DNA of 64,000 nt from Myxococcota bacterium (GTDB lineage: Bacteria; Myxococcota_A; UBA9160; UBA4427). Within the stretch, counting starts at the first letter, position 1, and each line of letters starts with the position of its first letter. Both the position numbers and the translations under genes were made by a program. Below are positions 8,993-17,702 of the stretch, in pieces. The notes beneath the pieces are model-generated. The model searched no databases. It had not been told where the DNA came from and was given only the letters and a program-made list of their open reading frames with translations. The stretch is taken from assembly GCA_965250285.1 (NCBI GenBank), contig OZ252299.1, forward strand, positions 2,144,001 to 2,208,000, given 5' to 3'.

Positions 8993-9093
8993 AAGGGCGC
9001 TCCGGTCGATCCGCCCCGTCGCGTACGACGGTTCGGCTCGATCGAGGCGCCCTTGCCTCCGGGTCTCACCCATGCGCCCGACACACCGTGGTG
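8993..9093 (-). promoter_or_regulatory. Candidate ANTAR-type dual-hairpin leader with a competing terminator-like stem
   Basis: Minus strand: CAC-CACGGT-GTG (9082-9093) and GAGGC-AAGGGC-GCCTC (9044-9059) hexaloop hairpins; AAGGGCGC of hairpin 2 can instead pair with GCGCCCTT (8993-9000); U-tract is weak. Confidence 0.5.
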
Positions 9094-9121
9094 GACGCCG
9101 ACATTCGATGCGCCGAAGCAT

Positions 9122-9137
9122 TTCAAGAAGCGGGCCA
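9122..9137 (-). promoter_or_regulatory. Candidate sigma54 (-24/-12) promoter of the globin operon
   Basis: TGGCCCGCTTCTTGAA versus consensus TGGCACG-N4-TTGC; spacing is correct but -12 reads GA rather than GC. Confidence 0.5.
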
Positions 9138-9186
9138 ATGCGGAGGGCGCGTTCAGCGCTGCCCGGGACTTCGAGCGCGGAGTCAC

Positions 9187-9226
9187 TGCCCAGCACCGGG
9201 GCAGGTGCCCGCTGCACTGCGGGGCA
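9187..9226. promoter_or_regulatory. Candidate tandem enhancer (NtrC-like) binding sites
   Basis: 17-bp palindrome TGCCC-N7-GGGCA (9187-9203) plus a weaker copy ending CGGGGCA (9210-9226), 50-90 bp upstream of the -24 element. Confidence 0.45.
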
Positions 9227-9403
9227 TGCGCGCGTCGGTCGTGCAGGTCATCGCCCATTGCGACACGCAGCCGCGCAGGCTCGCTCGAATCAGAACGCGT
9301 CTCGCGCGTTCGATGTGCCCACCGATTCATCGGCCCGACACGTGAGCGGCGCAGAGCGGCGCCTCGACCGGCGAGGATCGCTCGATTGAGCCATGCTCGG
9401 CGC

Positions 9404-10408
9404 ATGCCGAACGACGCGAACTACAAGAGCTACGGCGAGCAGTCGCTGCACTACTTCGCCCGCCCCCACGAAACGACGCCGACCACCCCGGTCGGCGGTG
9501 CGGCGGCGTGGCGCGGGGCAGAGCTCGGGCGGCGTGAGGCATGGAAGACGCAGCTCGACGAGAAGCAGGTCGATGAGATCGAAGCGGCCCTCGATCATGT
9601 CGAGGCGACGGGCCGAGCCACGGGCGAGCTCGAAGCGGCCGACTTTCCTCTGCCGACGCTTGCATCCGAAGTGGCCGCGTGGCGCAACGAGATCGCGACG
9701 GGTCGGGGCTTCCACGTCGTCCGGGGCGTGCCGGTGGAGCGGTGGTCTACCGAGCGGGCCGAGCGCTTCTTCTGGTGCATCGGCCTGCACATGGGCACAC
9801 CCGGCGCGCAGAATGCGCGGGGGGAGCTGCTCGGACACGTGACGGATACCGGTGCGCGCGAGACCGACCGCTTCGTCCGGCTGTACGAGACGCGGGCCGA
9901 CATCGCGTTTCACTGCGACGCCGCCGACGTGGTCGGCCTGCTCTGCCTCTCGGCCGGACGTGCGGGCGGGGCAAGCCGCATCGCCAGCTCGGTGTCGGTC
10001 CACGACGAGCTGCTGGCGCGCCGTCCCGACCTGGTGCCCCGTCTCTACGAGCCATTCGCGCTCGACGTGCGCAGCGAGGGCGATCGCGCAGCCCTTCGGC
10101 ACATCCCGGTGCCCCCCTGCCGCTTTGCCGATGGCCGGCTCCGCACCTTCTACCACAGCGACTACTTTCGCTCGGCGACACGGCACGACGACGTGCCCGA
10201 GCTCGACGAGGCCGAGTGCGCGTTGCTCGACCTGTTCGAGTCGATCGCGGGCGAGCCCGAATTCCGCCTCGACATGCAGCTCGAGCCCGGCGACATCCAG
10301 TGGCTGTCGAATCACACCGTGGTGCACGCGCGAACCGCATACGAAGACGGGGGGAACGACGCCGAGCGCCGCCACCTCCTCCGCCTCTGGCTGTCGATCG
10401 AGGACTGA
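9404..10408 (+). CDS. TauD/TfdA (clavaminate synthase-like) dioxygenase
   Basis: GRGF, QN..G.LLGHV, FHCD, GDIQWLSNHTVVHARTAY, RHLLRLWL. Confidence 0.85.
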   Translation: MPNDANYKSYGEQSLHYFARPHETTPTTPVGGAAAWRGAELGRREAWKTQLDEKQVDEIEAALDHVEATGRATGELEAADFPLPTLASEVAAWRNEIATGRGFHVVRGVPVERWSTERAERFFWCIGLHMGTPGAQNARGELLGHVTDTGARETDRFVRLYETRADIAFHCDAADVVGLLCLSAGRAGGASRIASSVSVHDELLARRPDLVPRLYEPFALDVRSEGDRAALRHIPVPPCRFADGRLRTFYHSDYFRSATRHDDVPELDEAECALLDLFESIAGEPEFRLDMQLEPGDIQWLSNHTVVHARTAYEDGGNDAERRHLLRLWLSIED

Positions 10409-10442
10409 GCGCACCCCGCCCTCGCATCGACAAGGAGCGCCG

Positions 10443-11798
10443 ATGTCCCGCCTCGAGTTTCCCGCCGGCTTTCGCTGGGGCTGCGCGACCGCGTCGTACC
10501 AGATCGAGGGCGCCTGGAAGGCGGACGACAAGGGCGAGTCGATCTGGGATCGATTCGCGCACACACCCGGCCGTGTCGCTCAGGGCCACACGGGCGATGT
10601 CGCCTGCGACTCGTATCACCGCTTCGACGAAGACATCGCGCTGCTTCGCCAGATGAACTGCACCAGCTATCGCTTCTCGGTGGCCTGGCCCCGGATCCAG
10701 CCCACCGGGCGCGGGCCGGTCAACGCGAAGGGGCTCGACTACTACCGGCGCGTCTGCGATGCACTGCTCGCAGCCGGCATCCGCCCGTTCCCGACCCTCT
10801 ACCACTGGGATCTGCCCCAGGCGCTCGAAGACGACGGCGGCTGGCCGAACCGCGACCTCGCGGGTCGGTTCGCCGACTACGCCGACATCGTCGCGCGCGG
10901 ACTCGGCGACCTCGTCGACGACTGGATGATCTTCAACGAGCCGTTCGTCTTCACCGCCATGGGCTATCTGCTCGGCATCCACGCACCGGGTCGTGCCTCG
11001 ATGGACGACTTCCTGCGCGCGACCCACACGGTCAATCTCGCACAGGGCCAGGCGTGCCAGGCAATGCGCGCGACCGCGTCGGATGCGCGCATCGGCAGCG
11101 CGTTCAGCATGTCGGCCTGCGAGCCCGCCCGCGACGAAGCCGAAGACGCCGAGGCCGCCGAACGCTGGCACCGCTTCACGAACCTCTGGTTCCTCGATCC
11201 GGCGCAGTCGGGGCAGTACCCCGCAGCGTTCGTCGATGGCGTCCCGGAGGCCGCGCTCGGCATGCGGCCGGGCGACGCCGAGACGGTCCGGGCCGACCTC
11301 GACTTCATCGGGATCAACCTCTACACGCGCACGCTCGTGCGCCACGCCCCCGAAGACACGCGCGGCCTCGCCGCCCTCCCCGTTGGCGGGATGGGCGGAG
11401 ACGACGGGCCGAAGACCGACTTCGGGTGGGAGGTCTGGCCGAACGCCCTGCGCGACGTCGTGCTCCGGATCCACCACGACTACGATGCGCCCGAGATCGA
11501 GATCACCGAGAACGGCTGCGCCTACGCCGACCGGCCGGGCGAGGACGGCCGCATCGAGGATCGTCGACGCATCGACTTCTACGCCGGCTACCTCGCCGCG
11601 CTGCACGAAGCCATCGACGCGGGCGCGCGCGTCACGGGCTACCACGCCTGGAGCCTGCTCGACAACTTCGAGTGGAGCGAAGGCTACGCCCAGCGCTTCG
11701 GTCTCACGTGGGTCGACTTCGAATCGGGCGATCGAACGCTGAAGGATTCGGGCCACTGGTATGCCCGCGTCGCCGACGAGAACGGGCTGGATCACTGA
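10443..11798 (+). CDS. Glycoside hydrolase family 1 beta-glucosidase
   Basis: FPAGFRWGCATASYQIEG, YHWDLP, catalytic NEP and ITENG, WSLLDNFEW; AAGGAG RBS. Confidence 0.95.
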   Translation: MSRLEFPAGFRWGCATASYQIEGAWKADDKGESIWDRFAHTPGRVAQGHTGDVACDSYHRFDEDIALLRQMNCTSYRFSVAWPRIQPTGRGPVNAKGLDYYRRVCDALLAAGIRPFPTLYHWDLPQALEDDGGWPNRDLAGRFADYADIVARGLGDLVDDWMIFNEPFVFTAMGYLLGIHAPGRASMDDFLRATHTVNLAQGQACQAMRATASDARIGSAFSMSACEPARDEAEDAEAAERWHRFTNLWFLDPAQSGQYPAAFVDGVPEAALGMRPGDAETVRADLDFIGINLYTRTLVRHAPEDTRGLAALPVGGMGGDDGPKTDFGWEVWPNALRDVVLRIHHDYDAPEIEITENGCAYADRPGEDGRIEDRRRIDFYAGYLAALHEAIDAGARVTGYHAWSLLDNFEWSEGYAQRFGLTWVDFESGDRTLKDSGHWYARVADENGLDH

Positions 11799-11799
11799 C

Positions 11800-13311
11800 A
11801 TGAGCGACCGCCCCGCATCCCGGTCGCCCTGGCGGCGCTCGAAGACCGCCGCAAGCGTCGTGGGCGCGCCGGTGCTCGCCGCCTTGATGATCGTGTCGAT
11901 CGCGTTCGCGCTGCGCTGTACGCAGGTGCAGCTCTGGCCATCGGCGCCGGACGCACCCCACCTCGCCGAGAAGCAGGCCTACCTCGACGCTCTGCCCTCG
12001 GCCCGCGAAGACGCCCCGAATGTGGTGATCGTCTTTTTCGACGACCTCGGCTGGGGGGACCTCTCGATCCAGGGCAATCGCCTGATCGAAACGCCCCGCA
12101 TCGACCGCGCGGCCGCCGAAGGCCTGCGGATGACCGACTTCTATGCCGCCTCGCCGGTCTGCACGCCTTCGCGCGCGGCGCTGCTGACCGGCCGCCACCC
12201 CCCCCGCACCCGCACCGATCGACACGTCTTCTTTCCGGAGGGCTCGGCCATGGGCATCGCGCGCCGCATGGCCGGCGCAGCAAACGAGCTCCCCGAAGAC
12301 GAGATCACCCTGGCCGAGGTGCTGCAACGGGCCGGCTACGCGACGGCGCTCGTCGGCAAGTGGCACCTCGGGGATCGAACGGGCTTCCGTCCGAACGACT
12401 TCGGCTTCGATCGCTGGCTCGGCGTGATGTACAGCAACGACATGTGGCCGCTGCACCTCTACAGCGACGGTGAGATCATCGAACGCGACGAGCGCGATGG
12501 CGGCCTGTTCGCCTCCGAGCGAGATGAAAAGAAGCCGCTCGGCCCGGGCGGCATCGATCAATCGACCCTGACGGCCCGCTACACCGAAGAGGCCATCGCT
12601 TTCGTCGAGGCGCATCGCGACGAGCCCTTCTTCCTGCTCCTCGCCCATACGTTCCCGCACGTGCCGCACTACCCGTCCGCCGAATTCGCCGGCACGTCTC
12701 GCGGGGGCCGCTATGGCGACGTGGTCGAAGACCTCGACCGCAGCACGGGCGCGCTGCTCGACGCGATCGATGAGCTCGGGCTATCGGAGAACACGCTCGT
12801 GGTCATCACGAGCGACAATGGCGCCGACTACGGCGGCAGCCCGGGCGGCCTCCGGGGCCGCAAGGGCGACATTCTCGAGGGCGGGCAGCGCGTGCCGATG
12901 ATCGTGCGTTGGCCGGGACACGTCGCGGCCGGTCGCGTCAGTCCGGCCCCGGCCATGCACATCGACGTGTTCCCGACGCTCCTCGAGCTCGCCGGCCTGC
13001 CGATGCCGACCGATCGCGAGATCGACGGGCAGAGTCTCGGGGCGCTGATCGGCGGCGAAACGCCCCCGGAGCGCGACCTCTTCTTCTTTCCGACGCTGCA
13101 GAGCCTGCCCGGTGCGATCCGTCGCGGCCCGTTCAAGTGGCTGCATCGCACGGGCGACGTCGGTCGTGATCGCGGTCACCTGACCCGCGTCGATCTCGAT
13201 GCAGAGGCACACGAGCTGTCGGATCTCTACCCCGACCGGGCCGCTGCCCTCGCCGCCGCACTCGATGCAATGCGCGAGCAGATTTCTTCGAACCCGCGCG
13301 GCTTCCGCTGA
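11800..13311 (+). CDS. Arylsulfatase family protein with N-terminal anchor/signal
   Basis: PNVVIVFFDDLG, CTPSRAALLTG, GKWHLG, SDNG. Confidence 0.92.
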   Translation: MSDRPASRSPWRRSKTAASVVGAPVLAALMIVSIAFALRCTQVQLWPSAPDAPHLAEKQAYLDALPSAREDAPNVVIVFFDDLGWGDLSIQGNRLIETPRIDRAAAEGLRMTDFYAASPVCTPSRAALLTGRHPPRTRTDRHVFFPEGSAMGIARRMAGAANELPEDEITLAEVLQRAGYATALVGKWHLGDRTGFRPNDFGFDRWLGVMYSNDMWPLHLYSDGEIIERDERDGGLFASERDEKKPLGPGGIDQSTLTARYTEEAIAFVEAHRDEPFFLLLAHTFPHVPHYPSAEFAGTSRGGRYGDVVEDLDRSTGALLDAIDELGLSENTLVVITSDNGADYGGSPGGLRGRKGDILEGGQRVPMIVRWPGHVAAGRVSPAPAMHIDVFPTLLELAGLPMPTDREIDGQSLGALIGGETPPERDLFFFPTLQSLPGAIRRGPFKWLHRTGDVGRDRGHLTRVDLDAEAHELSDLYPDRAAALAAALDAMREQISSNPRGFR

Positions 13312-13480
13312 TCCGATCGCACGGCTTCGTTCGATTCATCGGGTGGAACCCACGATCGTGTGACCTGGACAAACACCCAGCATCGAACCCCCCGGCCCCA
13401 CGCGCCCGGCCAAGCGACGAGGCAGCCCCGTGAACCGCCCGAGCCGACCGACCGACCGATCGCGAGCCTGGATTCGAAGC

Positions 13481-14074
13481 GTGACCCGCATCGCGGCTGC
13501 GCTCGCCCTGGCGATGCCGATCTCGGCGGCGGCCGTCGAACCACAGCAGGGCCCGACCGAAGCGCCCACCCCGATCCCGCTCTGGTCGGAAAACCCCGCT
13601 CCGGCGTTCTCCTACGGCATTCACGCCCCGACGCGACCGGGGCCCGGGATCTTCACGCTCTCGGGCCGAGCGCGGCGCGCCCCCGCGTTTCCGATGCTCT
13701 TGATGGATTATCAGGTGACGGACCGGCTGGCGTTCACGGCGGGGCGCGAGCTCTGCACCGCGGCCGGCCCGGGCGCGCACGCGATCTTCGCCCTCGCCGA
13801 TCAGCTCGACCTCACCCTCGGTTTTCGCTTCGAGCGACGACGATTCGACCTCGCGCCGCATCCCGGCCTCGACTTCGGCGGCATCGGAGTCGACCAGAGC
13901 GCGCCCGCGTTCGTGACCCTGCGCTTCGGCCAGCCAAATGCGTTCATCGCGGTGGTGGCCGGCGCCGAAATGCGTGGCAAGCTCAGCATCGAGGATGAAC
14001 GCGGCAGCTTCCTGGCCGAGCGGCTCGATGAGCCCTCGCCCTTCGTGGGCTTCGCCGGCCGGCTTCGCTTCTGA
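13481..14074 (+). CDS. Short outer-membrane beta-strand protein, paralogue of the C-terminal half of the next gene
   Basis: Signal peptide, terminal Phe, shared LDLTLGFRFER/GGIG/GAE.RG segments; start uncertain. Confidence 0.6.
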   Translation: MTRIAAALALAMPISAAAVEPQQGPTEAPTPIPLWSENPAPAFSYGIHAPTRPGPGIFTLSGRARRAPAFPMLLMDYQVTDRLAFTAGRELCTAAGPGAHAIFALADQLDLTLGFRFERRRFDLAPHPGLDFGGIGVDQSAPAFVTLRFGQPNAFIAVVAGAEMRGKLSIEDERGSFLAERLDEPSPFVGFAGRLRF

Positions 14075-14105
14075 GCGGGCCGGGAGGACACGAAGAGAAC
14101 GCCAC

Positions 14106-15182
14106 TTGATTCACTTCGAGCTCGTCACACGCCGTCGAGGCGCCCAGACCCGCAGGTCCGGCCTCGCAGCGGGCCGCTGCATCGCGACCGCGATCACGCT
14201 CGCGTTCGCCTGCACGCTCGGCTCTCTCGCCCTGACCGGTCGAGCGCAGGCCACGACGGTCGAGAACCCAGAGGATCCCGCCGACATCACCGACCCGGCT
14301 CCCCCGCCCGATGCCCCGCCCCAGACCGAGCCGCCGCAGCGGCGCGGCCCTCCGCTCGGACTCAACTTTCGCGTGCGCGGCGGCGCGACCTACCAGTTCA
14401 AGACGAAGCTCAAAGAAGGCGGCTCGTTCGACACGAGTCGCACGGTGCTCGATGTCGGCGCGCGCTACGGGTTTACCGAGAACCTCTCGACGGTGCTCTC
14501 GGTCTCGTACGGGTACGACCCGTACGGCTTCTCGGACGAGGTGCGCATCGGCGGCATCGCACCCTGGGAGCAGCTCCACGCGCTGCGCGTCTCGGCGCCC
14601 GTCTTCTGGCGCCCCACCGAGCGTCTTCAGCTGCTCGCGGTTCCGATCTTTCGCATGCAGGCCGAGGCACCCTCGGCCTGGGGCGACTCCATGTCGGGCG
14701 GCGGCATCATCGCGTTCTCATGGAAGTTCAGCGACACGCTCCGGGTCGGGCCCGGCTTTGGCGGGCTGAGCGAGCTGGAGCGCAGGCCCACCCTCTTTCC
14801 GGTGATCCTGATCGACTGGCAGGTGAGCGACCGGTTCGCGATCACCACCGGCCGCGGCCTCGGCGCCTCGACCGGCCCCGGTCTGCAGGGCGTCTATACG
14901 ATCCGCAAGTTCCTCGACCTGACGCTCGGCTTCCGCTTCGAGCGCGCACGCTTTCGGCTCGAGCCGCGGCCGGGCCAGACGGTCGGCGGGATCGGCGAGG
15001 ACGAGAGCTTCCCCGTCTTCGCCACGCTGCGCTGGGGTCCGCAGTACGCGTTCCTCGCCCTCTTGACCGGCGCCGAGTTCAGAGGACGCCTGCGCATCGA
15101 GGATCCGAACGGCAAGAGACTCGCGGAGAGCGCCTACAAACCCTCGGCCTTCATCGGCTTCGCCGGCCAGATCTTCTTCTGA
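14106..15182 (+). CDS. Putative outer-membrane beta-barrel protein (DUF6268-like)
   Basis: Signal-like helix, Pro-rich linker, alternating beta-strands, FPVILIDW, terminal Phe; start uncertain. Confidence 0.65.
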   Translation: MIHFELVTRRRGAQTRRSGLAAGRCIATAITLAFACTLGSLALTGRAQATTVENPEDPADITDPAPPPDAPPQTEPPQRRGPPLGLNFRVRGGATYQFKTKLKEGGSFDTSRTVLDVGARYGFTENLSTVLSVSYGYDPYGFSDEVRIGGIAPWEQLHALRVSAPVFWRPTERLQLLAVPIFRMQAEAPSAWGDSMSGGGIIAFSWKFSDTLRVGPGFGGLSELERRPTLFPVILIDWQVSDRFAITTGRGLGASTGPGLQGVYTIRKFLDLTLGFRFERARFRLEPRPGQTVGGIGEDESFPVFATLRWGPQYAFLALLTGAEFRGRLRIEDPNGKRLAESAYKPSAFIGFAGQIFF

Positions 15183-15404
15183 GTCAGAGCCCTTCGGCTC
15201 CTAGCCGCGTCGACCCCCGTCGGATATGCTGCCGGGCCCGCGGATGAAGACCGTCCGCGTGCACGGCCGGGCGACCGCGGTGCCGGGCGACGCGCCCCCC
15301 GCCTGAGACCCGCCCTCCACACCTGTCCGAACGGGCCGAGCCGATCACAGGCTCAGGCAACCCGTCCGGGCCGAGCCGACACCGAGCACCCGCTCGGCCG
15401 ACCG

Positions 15405-16577
15405 ATGAGGAATGAGATGACCCGGATCTATTCGATTGGCGTCGACGAGATCGCCGCCGAGAGCGAGCGCGTCGGGGGCGACCTCGACAAGGTCGACGTC
15501 GCCAACGTGATCAAGCTCGACGAGCTGAAGCTGCGTGACGTGGGTGCCAAGGACGTCCGCCTGAAGATCCTCGCGGTCTCGGCCGAGCACAACATCAGCC
15601 ACGCCGCCTTGGCCGACACGATCAACATCGCCGATGCCCGCGGCGGCAAGATCTTTCCCGGCAACTCGGCGGTCGGCGAGGTCGTCGAGGTCGGCTCCGA
15701 CGTCGAGAACACCAAGGTCGGCGACATCTGCCTGCTCCACTGCAACGGCGACCCCGATCGCTTCGGCTACCCGATCTTCATCTGGGCCTACGACATGCCC
15801 GACTCGATCGGCTGGTACGGCGAAGAGGCCGTCGTCGGCGAGTGGCAGTGCGTGCCGGCGCCGCTCGACTGCGGCCTCAACCTGTGGGAGATCGCGGCCC
15901 TGCCCCTGCGCGCACCCACCGCGTATCACCTGTGGCGCCGGGCCGAGGGCATCTACCGGCTCAAGGTCTCCGAAGAGAAGCAGGCGGTTCTCAACGTGCT
16001 CGGCTTCGGCGGCGGCGTGTCCGAGCTCTTCCTGATGCTGGCCAAGGCCCAGGGCCACAACACCTACTTCTGCTCGGGCAGCCCCGAGCGTCGCGAGGCG
16101 CTCGAGAAGCTCGGCATCGAGGGCATCGACCAGAAGGCCTACAACCGTTTCGCAGGACGCGACGACGTGAAGGCCTTCATCAAGGAGTGCCGCTCGCTGA
16201 CCGGCGGCGAGGGCATGCACATCGTCTGCGACATGCTCCGTGGCCCGGTGTTCGGCGCGGGCATCGCCGTGCAGGCGCGCCAGGGCGTGAACGTGAGCGC
16301 TGGCTGGCAGCTCTCGCGCGAGTGCACGTACAACAGCGCGGGCGCCTCGCTCAAGCAGATCACGATCGACCACACGCACTACGACACCCTCGACGGCGTC
16401 GGGGCGGCGACCGAGCTCTACGGCAAGGTCTTCAAGCCGACGATCCACGACGAGATCTACTCGTTCGAGGATCTCCCCCGCGCCATGGCCGATCAGCAGT
16501 TCAACACGCTGAAGGGCATCGGCATCATCCAGGTCGCGAAGGACATGCCCGACTCGGTGAAGGGGCTGATCCCGTAG
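15405..16577 (+). CDS. Medium-chain dehydrogenase/reductase family protein lacking canonical zinc ligands
   Basis: DVRLKILA, PGNSAVGEVVEVGSDV...KVGD, PTAYH, VLGFGGGV; strongly biased codon usage. Confidence 0.75.
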   Translation: MRNEMTRIYSIGVDEIAAESERVGGDLDKVDVANVIKLDELKLRDVGAKDVRLKILAVSAEHNISHAALADTINIADARGGKIFPGNSAVGEVVEVGSDVENTKVGDICLLHCNGDPDRFGYPIFIWAYDMPDSIGWYGEEAVVGEWQCVPAPLDCGLNLWEIAALPLRAPTAYHLWRRAEGIYRLKVSEEKQAVLNVLGFGGGVSELFLMLAKAQGHNTYFCSGSPERREALEKLGIEGIDQKAYNRFAGRDDVKAFIKECRSLTGGEGMHIVCDMLRGPVFGAGIAVQARQGVNVSAGWQLSRECTYNSAGASLKQITIDHTHYDTLDGVGAATELYGKVFKPTIHDEIYSFEDLPRAMADQQFNTLKGIGIIQVAKDMPDSVKGLIP

Positions 16578-16603
16578 CGCCAGTCGCACACGCAACGATC
16601 CAC

Positions 16604-16644
16604 GAGGCGGGCGCTCACGGAGACGGGGCGCCCGCTTCTTCTTT
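16604..16644 (+). terminator. Intrinsic terminator after the MDR gene
   Basis: GAGGCGGGCGCTC...GGGCGCCCGCTTC stem followed by TTCTTT. Confidence 0.7.
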
Positions 16645-16662
16645 GGGTCGTCCGCCCCGGGC

Positions 16663-17448
16663 CTATCCGTCCGTTGCGTCGAGCTCCCGCGCGGGCGCGC
16701 GGCGCTCGCCGTCGCGGATCTCACCCGTCATCGGCACGAATCGCACGTCGAGCCCCTTCTCACGCTCGACGCCGCTCGCGGTCTTGCGGTGCACTTCGAG
16801 CACCTGCCAGTGCTCGCCGACCGGGATCACGAGCCGCCCGCCTTCGCGCAGCTGTTCGATCAGAGGCTCTGGGATCCGCGGCGCCGCCGCGGTCACCACG
16901 ACCGCGTCGAACGGGGCCGCCTCGGGCCAGCCCCGGTAGCCGTCGCCGATCCGCGTGTGGACCCGTGCGCCGTAGCCCGCGGCTTCGAGCCGGTCGCGCG
17001 CCCATCGCCCCAGTGGTTCGACGATCTCGATCGAGTGCACCGTACAGCCCATCTCGGCGAGCACCGCCGCCTGGTAGCCCGAGCCCGTCCCCACCTCGAG
17101 GACGCGACAGGGTGGCTCGAGCCGCGCGAGCTCGCTCATGAGCGCAACGATGTAGGGCTGACTGATGGTCTGATCCTCGCCGATGGGCAGCGGGCGGTCG
17201 TCGTAGGCGTACGGCGCGGCCGCTTCGGGCACGAAGCGATGCCTCGGCACGGCGCGCATCGCGCGCAGCACGCGCTCGTCGCCCACGCCCCGAGCCTCGA
17301 TCTGCGTGCGCACCATGCGTTCGCGCGCCGCGGCCCTCGCCTGCTCGGCTGCACCGGGCGCGGGCTCAGCCACGCTGCAGACCGGCGCGAGCGTGAACAC
17401 GACCACGAGCCAGACGATCCATGATGGGTGGGTCCGAGAGGGGTGCAT
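16663..17448 (-). CDS. pcm: Protein-L-isoaspartate O-methyltransferase
   Basis: VPRHRFVP, AYDDRPLPIG..QTISQPYIVA, VLEVGTGSGYQAA, APFDAVVVTAA, VRFVPM. Confidence 0.93.
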   Translation of the reverse strand: MHPSRTHPSWIVWLVVVFTLAPVCSVAEPAPGAAEQARAAARERMVRTQIEARGVGDERVLRAMRAVPRHRFVPEAAAPYAYDDRPLPIGEDQTISQPYIVALMSELARLEPPCRVLEVGTGSGYQAAVLAEMGCTVHSIEIVEPLGRWARDRLEAAGYGARVHTRIGDGYRGWPEAAPFDAVVVTAAAPRIPEPLIEQLREGGRLVIPVGEHWQVLEVHRKTASGVEREKGLDVRFVPMTGEIRDGERRAPARELDATDG

Positions 17449-17580
17449 CCGCGCGATCCTCCCCGCAAAGGCGACGGCCGTCGCCCGCGCGAGGGTACCC
17501 CGACCGCCGAGGCCGCGCGTCGGCGGGTTGGCAGGTCGGCGCGGGGCAGACGCTGTCGAACCGCGTGGCTCGGTCGGGCC

Positions 17581-17702
17581 CGAGCTACACGCTGTCGGGC
17601 AGCGTGCGCCGAGCGCGCTCGAGCTACACGCTGTCGGGCAGCGTGCGCCGAGCGCGCTCGAGCTAGACGCTGTCGGGCAGCGTACGCCGCGCGCGCTCGA
17701 GC
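17581..17702. repeat. 39-bp tandem repeat x3 that duplicates the 3' end of the transglutaminase-like gene
   Basis: CGAGCTACACGCTGTCGGGCAGCGTGCGCCGAGCGCGCT at 17581 and 17620; variant at 17659; degenerate in-phase remnant near 17550. Confidence 0.95.

Noticed and set aside
17581..17702. att site or DGR template/variable repeat
   Set aside because: No integrase or reverse transcriptase nearby, no cargo between copies, and the differences are not adenine-specific
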